In this document: piece by piece, positions 1-9,000 of the stretch
Numbering within the stretch: position 1 is the first letter of the stretch
How the letters are laid out: every line of letters begins with the position of its first letter
Virus record (IMG/VR): IMGVR_UViG_3300029286_003693
Coordinates: 18,731-82,730 of that record
Length of the DNA stretch: 64,000 nucleotides
Source of the DNA: a virus
Reading direction: 5' to 3' (one strand)
The notes under the pieces: generated by a model
Databases searched by the model: none
Told to the model about the DNA's origin: nothing
What the model saw: only the letters and a program-made list of their open reading frames with translations
Position numbers and translations under genes: made by a program

Positions 1-3000
1 GCGTCGTGAATGAAGGCGATCTGATTTTCAGGAATCCCCAGTTTGACCAGTTCCTTCTTCAGGCCCTCGTATGTATTGAACCCGGTAGACGCGCTTTCGT
101 GCTCAAACATCTCTTCATTGTAAATCGCCAGATCTTCCGGGGCCAACTGAGAGGTTTCATCTTCAGTCTTATACTTGAATTTGTCCGAGTATTTGCCGGG
201 GATCCCCAGGTCTGCGAAGACAAGCTGGACGCCCTTGTGCTTTGCCTCTTCTTGCCACCGCCGATACATGATCTTCGACGCCGTGGCGATCTTTGAATCC
301 TGCTGCATCTCCGTGTTGGCATAGTGGTGATCAAGACGCTGATCGATAGCCACCTTGCTCATATTGGAGATGATCCGGAGCATGTTGTCGGGGACGCCCT
401 CGTATTCGGCATTTTTCGGATCCGCCTCGATTGCGGCACATCGCTCCAGAACGATCTGCTTATAATCCTCGACATACTGGTTGGGCTGCACCTTTACCCG
501 TTGCGGTTCACCCCCACGGATGATCGGCCTTTTGACAGGCGTATCCTTCGCCCGGACGCTATCGACATTCTGATATGCCGTCGCCAGGAGCCGCCCGGCA
601 TTGACGATCCGGCGGTTCGTTGTGATGACCTTGTACTGCCCGCGGGCGCCGTCCCATTCCAACTGTGACCCCATGTCGCCAAAGTTGGCAATCCAGCGGT
701 CGAAAGACCACACCCCTTGCCTCTTTACCTCCTGGGGCTGAAGCATCCGCTGAATGTTGTACATCTCCGCGATGGAGTTCGACAAAGCCGTTCCGGACGC
801 CAGGACGATCCCATCCTTTTTGGGGAACTGGGCATTCAGGTACTGCGTCTTGCGGAAGAAGTCCTTCGCGGTCGGGCTTCCCGTCGGGTTCAAGCCGGTA
901 ATGCGGGTCAGCCGGGTGGCATACGGGATGTTCTTGTATTTGTGGGCTTCGTCCACGATCATGAGGTCGATCCCCAGGTCGTCGAAGAAAAGGTTCTTTC
1001 TCTTCGCTTCGTCATGGACACCCGGCGCACTGAGCTTCGCCTCCAAGGCGTGAATTTGGACCTGGATGTCCTGCTCCAGAATTCGCGCCCCCTCCTTCTT
1101 GGCCTCTTCGAGAATTTCCCGCAGCTCCAGGAGCTCCTCTTCGATGAACACCCGCTCCGACTCCGGCGACAGGCCGATCCGGTCAAGGTCCTGCTGCCTC
1201 ATGATCGCTATGTCGAAATCATTCAGGGCGATCTTCTGAAGCGACCGCTGCTTGCGCTGTTCATTGGTAGAAACGCGCACAGGCAAGATGTTTGCCATCG
1301 GGTAGAGGTTCTTGATTTCCTGAACCGCCTGCCCCATAGTGGAATCATTTAGGGTGACGTAAAGAACCTTTTTCTTGCCCCGAAGCCTTTTCGCCTCCAT
1401 GGCGATCAGGGCCATTGTCACAGTCTTGCCCGTCCCGACTTCATGCCCCAGATACAGGTTCCCGTTTTTCAAGTATTTCCATGCCGCATTCATCTGATGC
1501 GGGTAAAACGTCAGCGCGTCAGTGACCCCAAGGGCTTCCTTTTCTTTTGGCGTCAACATCCACATTCCCTTGCCCGGGAAGGTAAGGTGGGAGCCGTCTG
1601 CATTCATGGGAACGGAGGTATTGATCAGATCATTGAAACGCTTGACGGCCTCATCCGACCGTCCTGCTTCAGCAAACAGCCATCGCCCAAATTCCGACTG
1701 GATGTCCTGGAGCTTTACTTCGGCGGCCTGGGTCGCAACCTCGTCAAGGTACTGTTTTCTATCGACGGTAAAGGTGACTTGCGGACGCTTCCCCATCAAG
1801 GCGCACTTCATGAGCTCAAAGAAATCCATGCGCTGGGTGCCCCACACCGTCGTCGCCTCAACGCTCCGCTTTGCCGCGGCTATCTGCCGCTGCACTTCGG
1901 CCTTATTTTCTCCAACCCCCTTGCCGCGTCCCCGGTAATGCTCTTCCCCGCCGAACGACATGGACCACTCGTTGCTTACCGGGCTGAAATTAAAGATTGC
2001 ATGGAGACCGTGCCTCAGTGCCATCTTGTCTCGTACAAACTCCGCCAGGTGCGCGGGGTCAATCCACGACGCGCCGATGCGCGCGGTGATTCTGTGCTGG
2101 GAAATCTCCGCCGGCTGCGCCGCCTCAAGCAGTGCCACGTTGCGGGCATATTCAGGGCTGGACGCCACCATCTCCCGGGCGACGGTCAGCTTCCGCTTCA
2201 CGTTGCCGGACAGGTATTCGTCTATCGTTTCAAGGAAGCCGGTTTCGGGGTTTTCGACGATCTTGTCGGCAACCCCGGCCCTGACAGAATCGACATCCGA
2301 GCTCCGCAGCCTCGCCATGTATTCGAGGTTGGGATACCCGAATTCGTCGAGGGCCATCGCCAGGGCGTCATGATCGGTGTCCGCCCTGTCAGGCCGGGCG
2401 GCAAAAGCTGTTATGTTTTTGGTGAATATGTCCGCAAGCTTGGTGACTTTATTTGTGTCTGGGTCGTGCTCTTCCAGTGCCAAAACCCACGCGGAATCCG
2501 TATAGTCAACATACACGCCACGGTTCTTGGGATCGTTGACCGGGCCGAACTTCTTAACAAACAGGTCGTACCACTTTTTGAGTTTGACCTGCTCTTCCTT
2601 GATGACCTTGGCGTCCGTCTCGGTCTTTTGCGCCCTCAGCAATGTCCGGATTTGATCCAGAACACGAACATAGAGGCGTACAACCTCGGCCTTTTTCTGT
2701 TCGCTGGCCGTTGCGACAGGCAGTTTTAATTCCTCGGAATCTTCCTTGACACAAACCTCGCCCTTATCATTGATGTATGCTCCCCCCTCTTTGATGGTTC
2801 CGGGCGCGGAGATAATGTCATCGATCGACTTGGCTTCCTTGACGGCCTCCCGCTCGACGATCTTGTCCGGGAATGCGGCGGCAAGCCTTTCCAGGTTGGA
2901 CTGCAAATCGCCCTCGGGAGCTACCCGAAGCCCCTCGTTCCCATACCTGCCGGTGATTTTTTCCAGTTTTCCCGCAACCATCTCCGGGTGCTTGAGGAAA

Positions 3001-6000
3001 TAATTATTGATGGTCAACCCGGTTGATTCGTCTGTCCCCGCGGTCGTCCATTCCTCGGCGGGGACTCCCACGAACTTCCCCCCCTCGATATTCTTGCGGA
3101 ACACCAGGATATCGGTCGCTACTTGCGTGGCGCTGTAAATCCCGGAAGGAAGCCGGATCGCCCCCACGAGTTGAGCCTTCCCCGCGAATTCTGTCAGGTG
3201 GGCGCCGACGGCATCCAGGGTATTTGAAGTGGTGATCATCATGCTCAACGCGCCCGGTGCGGTCAGGTTGAGCATCTTGTTGATGAAATAGTTATGGAGC
3301 CGATACCCGCCCTTGTTGTGTTTCAGATCCGAAGGGGAGAAATTCTCGAACGGGACATTGGTGATGGTCAGATCGAACCGATTGTTTGGTTTCTTCACGT
3401 CCTGGAATGACTTGGTTTCGATGGAGGCCAGCCCGTAGAGTTGCGTTGCAATGCGGGCGCTCACCCCGTCCATTTCGATCCCCTGCAACGCCGTCCCCTG
3501 GGCGAGGTCGCTCGGCATGGTCCCCAGAAAGAGACCGTTCGCTCCAGTGGCAGGATCAAGCACGACACCATTCGTGAAACCAAGGCGCTGCGCCAGCTTC
3601 CACATAAATGTGCCAACGGGTACGGGGGTATAGTAGGCTGATGTTGAAGACGACGCTGCGTCACGGACCTCGTCATCGTTGAGTTCCGCCTTGAGCAGTT
3701 CGGCCTTGCCCGCCCATGCCGCGGTGGGTTCGTAGGCAAACAGCTCCGACATGCCGCCCCAGCCGCTATACTGAGCCAGGATATCTTTTTCAGCATCCGT
3801 CGGAGTGCGGTTTTCAGATTCTACGAGGTTGAGTACTTTGACAGCAGATAAATTCAGGCCGAACCGAACGGGTACTGATTTCGGATCGTTTAAGGTGAGA
3901 TCGGTTATTCGGTAGTTTCCGGCGGGAGAAGGATGTACTCCTTCAGTACTATCTCCTTCGACGCTTCCATCTGCGCCCCTCTGCTTACCAGATTCCCGAG
4001 TTCCAGGCAAGCCGCTTCCGCCGCTGCCTCGGTCTCCTGATCGAACGTCCCCTCCTTCATTAGGGCTGCTGTCAGGGCGGGCAGGTACTTCTTCCAGTGC
4101 CTCTGTGCCATCCTCTTGAATACCAACATCGATGCCACCCCTTTCTTTGGCAATATAAACCGGGTTTTCACCCTCATACTGGATGTTTGACAGCTTATAG
4201 TCTAATATATCATCGGGATGGAGCTGTGTCAAGTAGGCGACCGCCCCCGTTCCGTTCTGCCCTTCCGATGTATATCCCTTATCATGACCAGCATACCCGT
4301 CCGGCTGCATCATCGGTCCGAAAGATGTATCGTCATAGCGATACCAGTAATAGCCGTCCTTGGATGGTTCGGACGCCCAGATCGCCGTATATCGCGCCTC
4401 TACTTGGTCCAGAAGGTATCTCAACTGGAGCTGAAGCATCAATTCATTGGCTTTTTCGATGGAGATGTAATCATCCTTGAGGGACGGCTTTCCGGATTCA
4501 TCCCACACCAGACCATTAAGGAGATGCTTGATGGTCGCATTGAACGTCTCGCGCTCCTTCCCCGCGGGATAAACCAGTCTTGTCCCGACGCCGGCCTTGC
4601 CACCTACCCTGCCGGCGGCGACGAAATCGTTGACCAGGTAATTGTTCTTGCCTTGCAATGTATCGTAGATGTATGCCTCGAATGCCCTTGCCCACATCTC
4701 TTGCGCCCGTGCGGTATAGTCAGGGTCCATCTGCTGCGCGGTGCTGTAATAATCAGTGTCTTTCCTGACCGTATCCTCAAATCTGCTGGTAACTTCGTTC
4801 TTTACTGCCTCGATCCGCTGCTGCTTTTTCGACGACACCATCCGCTTGAGAAACATGGAATCCTTCGCAAGCAGGTCGTCAATCAGGCGGGTCCCAGCCT
4901 CGAAGTCATAGACATGGTGGAATGTATTGACAACTTTTTCTATTTCGGTTTTTGCATCCTCAGCGGCCAGGTCCTGCAATCCATGCCCCCATTCGTGAGC
5001 CATGGTCCCGTCGCCATTATCACGGGTGAAATTGATCGTTTGGACAGTGGGGAAGTATGCCGCCGCCGCGCCCTTCGCCTTGTGTCCCAGGTTGGCAAAC
5101 TGCACGGCAAGTTCACCGCCCAGGCTCATGCCGTTATCGGGTGCGCCGATAGTCGCGGCCAGATCCTTGAAGGCATCATACGCTGCTGGGATGACGCGGT
5201 TACGCTCCTCCTGGTTGATCCACCCCTCTTCTCCGAAGCCGACGCCCTTGAATCCGAACGGAGCCTGAAAGTCCTCCGTCTTTTTCAGTTCAACGCCCTC
5301 CCGGTAATCGGACAAGCCGGAGCGAACCACTGTCTTGTTGCGCCCGCGCTTGTTGATGTCGATCTCCGACAGCAGGATATCGTTCTCGTCGGCAAGGAGG
5401 CTCTGCCAGGAGTCAGTCAGGAAATTGTAAAGAGAATTGGGCCGCTGGACATAATCACGGGTACTCAGAAGGCCGGAGAGGCGTGTTCTCGCTTCCGAAT
5501 AATCGGGAAATGTTCCATCTTCTTTTCGGGCTCCGAACAGCACGGTCTCCTGTAACCGACCGATGATATTCGTGATGCTGGTCTGCCCGTTAAAAACATC
5601 CACGACCGGCTGCATGGTCTTCCCATACTCAGTTGCCCACTGCTTGAGCATGTCGATAGATCCGCCGCGATAATTGAGCCAGTGCTCGATCTTATCGTCT
5701 ATGCTCTTCCCCGATGAGTAACGCAGCCGATCCCGGCTCTCGGTAAGGTATTCCTTGAACGTCAAGAAATACTTCTGAATTTGCGTCATCAGGCGCACAG
5801 TCCCAGGGGTCGCTTCTTCTGCGAAAGCGGCTGTCCATATCTTCCCAGGGACCATCTCGTCGAGGATGATCTTCGCCGCGGACTTGGGCGTTTTATCCTT
5901 TGTCTTCTGGTTCAGCTTCTCGGGATCATAGACATAGCCGACGTTCTTGAACTCGCCCATCGCGGACTTCCGGGCCTTCTTTTCGGCGGCCGCCTCTTCC

Positions 6001-9000
6001 TTAGCTTTTTTCTCCGCCTTCTCCTGCTCGGTCAACTTCCGGCGCGTCCGGGCTCCCCCCTCACCTTCCCCGGTGTTTTCGTCGAGGTTGATCACTTCAC
6101 CATCTTCCGCTATGTCTTCCGGAAGGATATTTCCTTCGTGCCTTACAGACCCCACACCCTCCCATGAGTATTTCCAGCCTCCTTCCGGGATAGACACCGT
6201 CCCGCTTTCTTCCCATTCCGGGTGCTCGCTTGCAGCCTTGTTCCATGCGGCGTTCCGAGATTGCTGATCTGCTTTAACGGGTTCGTCCATAGACGCCCGG
6301 TCATATCTGAGAGAAGATTCCGGCACACTCACTCTGAGGACAACAGGCTCCCCCCCGTGCTCGTCAACAGCCTCTTTTGCATAGTATTGGGCAAGCTCTC
6401 TCGTTTTTGCGAGGTAAGGGTTATTCAACCCGTTCTTCCTTATGTCATCTAATAGTTTAGAACTCGTCCCGTGATAGGCTTCGCGGATGGGGTGATCTAT
6501 CTCTTTTTTATCCCTCTTTTCCTGAATGAACTGCTTGATGTAAGGCCGGATCGCATCGCCGAATTGTTTCACAATGGTGGCGGCAAATTCCCGGAGCCCC
6601 TTGCCGACCTGGATGAAGTGCTCCAGCGCCGCCTCGAAATGGGGCTTCGCTTTTGCGTAGGTGTCCTCATCAAACCCGCCGGGGAAAGACTTCAGGGACG
6701 ACCCGCCGAAAAGTTCATAAAGACCCTTCAGGGCTTCTCCTGCACCCTCGATACCTTCCTTGGCAACGTCGGCCAGGATATCATCGAGGGCCTTGGCTGG
6801 TTTTGCCGAGGGGATCTTTCCCGCAGCGCGATCCCTGGCGGCAGCAAATATGTTCTTGACAGCTTCGTTTGTCGTCTTTGGGGCGGTTTCTTTCTTTTCC
6901 GGCATGTCAAGCATGGCGTCGAGGTCTTCATCGGAAATCTCGGAGATCTCCTTCATGATGTCGGCCTTGGCGGCTTCTGGTTTCGTCAATTCTGTCAGTT
7001 CGGGATATTTGTCGAGTATGGCCTGTCGTGCTTTTGGATCATCGCCGGGGGCAGCATCGAGGTCGGATAGAAATCTCTTGGCATCCTCCAATGAAAAATT
7101 TTCAGCCTGCGAAACCTTGTCCGCACCCTCCAATAGGGCTGTGCGCTTTTTCTGGTATTCAAATTCTGCTTCTCGCGCATTCTGCGCCCTGAGCCGGTCG
7201 CTTATTTCGGCCTGTTCGTTGCCAGAAGCGGTGCTCTCTTTTTCCTCCTTCGGCCCCCTCTTCCCGCCCGTGCCAGCGGCTTTGATCTTTTCCGGGGCCT
7301 TGGCCTCTTCCGTGGCCTTCCCCTCGAACATCTCTTTCGCGAGGCCGGGGTAAAATTCTCTGATGCGTGCCTGCAGGTTCGGAATCCTCTCCCGTAAGGA
7401 TTTTATTTCTTTCTCGATTTCTTTGATCCGGCCCGTCAGGTCAGCGTAAGTCGGGGTCTTCCCGAACCATGAATCTCTCCATGCTTCAGTACCCGCCGAT
7501 TCTTTACTTGCGGCTGCCTTTGCATCCTCCCCGAGCTGCTTCAGGGTGATCTCTTTGGCATCAACCTTGCGCTGGATCTCGTAGTAGCGTTCGAGACGGG
7601 CCTGGGCAGCTTCGATCTCTGCCGGGACCCCTTCATACCGGGTCTTGAACTCATTCCTTTTCGTCCAGTAATCAGCGACCTCCGCCTCTGCCTCCTTGGT
7701 GATCAGATCCGTGGACTTGCCCACAGGTTTGCCGGAGTGCTGCGGGAGTTTATTCAGCGCCGCCGTTACCTTCATTCCCGCCACTTTCTTTTTGAACTTC
7801 TCCAGGTTCTCTTTCGTGTTCAATATCCTGAACTTTCCGTCCATGGGAACATCGATGATGACGTGGATGGGTCCGGCGTCCTCGGTCTTGTTGTTCTCGT
7901 AAGCGGTCCGGGCAGCTATGGCCTCGTCAAGGTGTTCGAGCAGATACTTCTTGATGATCCGGGACTTACCCTCTTCCTCCTTGGACTTTACCTCTGCCGC
8001 GGTAGGAACTGGCTTTGCTGCCTTCCCAGCTTCGGGGGCCTTGACGATTTCCGGTTTCGGGCCTCTCGCGCCGCCGGTACCAGCCGCTTTGATCTCCGCG
8101 GGTTGCTGAGAAAGACCGGGATGTCTCTCCTCCTGCTCTCCCTTCAGTAGGTTTTTCCAATGTGGTTCCGCTGCGTCTATGTCCGCAATCAGAGACATTA
8201 ACCTCTGTCCCAGCGCCTTGTCTTTTTCAGTTACCCGCTTCAGAATGTCGCTCTTCTCTGCCGGCCTGAGCGTGCTATACCCGCGTGAGCCTAAGCCGCC
8301 GCCACCTTTCCCGATCGAATGCTTGAGGCCAGCTTTCCGTTCGATAGATGCAAATTCTTCTTGATATTGAGAAATCAGCGATCTGCCCTCGTCGGCAGAC
8401 TTTGCGTTCTTCATCCTTTCCGCATAAGACGGTACCGTCTCCGTGATTACGGGTGCCGGTCCTCTTGCGCCGCCCGTGCCCGCGGCTTTGATCTCGGTGG
8501 ATTGCTCTTTCTCGAACTTTGCCAATTCTGCCAAGGCGGCTTTCCCTTTGGGGTCGTCTGCTTTTGTACGGCTCCTTATTATGTCAATGCCGGCTTTGAT
8601 CGCCTCGGCTCGCGTATCGTATTGCGTGCCGTCGATACCTGGGGCATTTCCGCTCCCCTCGTAGTCGCCATATTTTTTCGAGATATTGACGCCAATGCGG
8701 AATTTCCCGTCAGGGCCTTCCGCTATGCGGATGCTGCCCTCCCTTCCGGATGACTTACTGAATGGGATTGAGATCTTTTCCGGTTCATTATAGACGCCGT
8801 TATCGTTGATATTATGTCCTGCATCCCGGTATTGTTTGACCTCTTCATCCGATTTTTCTCGTGCCGACTTTGGTGCGGGTGCTTCCTCTCCTTTTACCGA
8901 ATCAATCACTTGTTGCAGTAAAGGCCGCTGCCAACCCTGTTCATTCATACGTCCGTCCGCCAAGGTAGCGATGGCGTCATAGACCGAATCCTGGTCGGCC

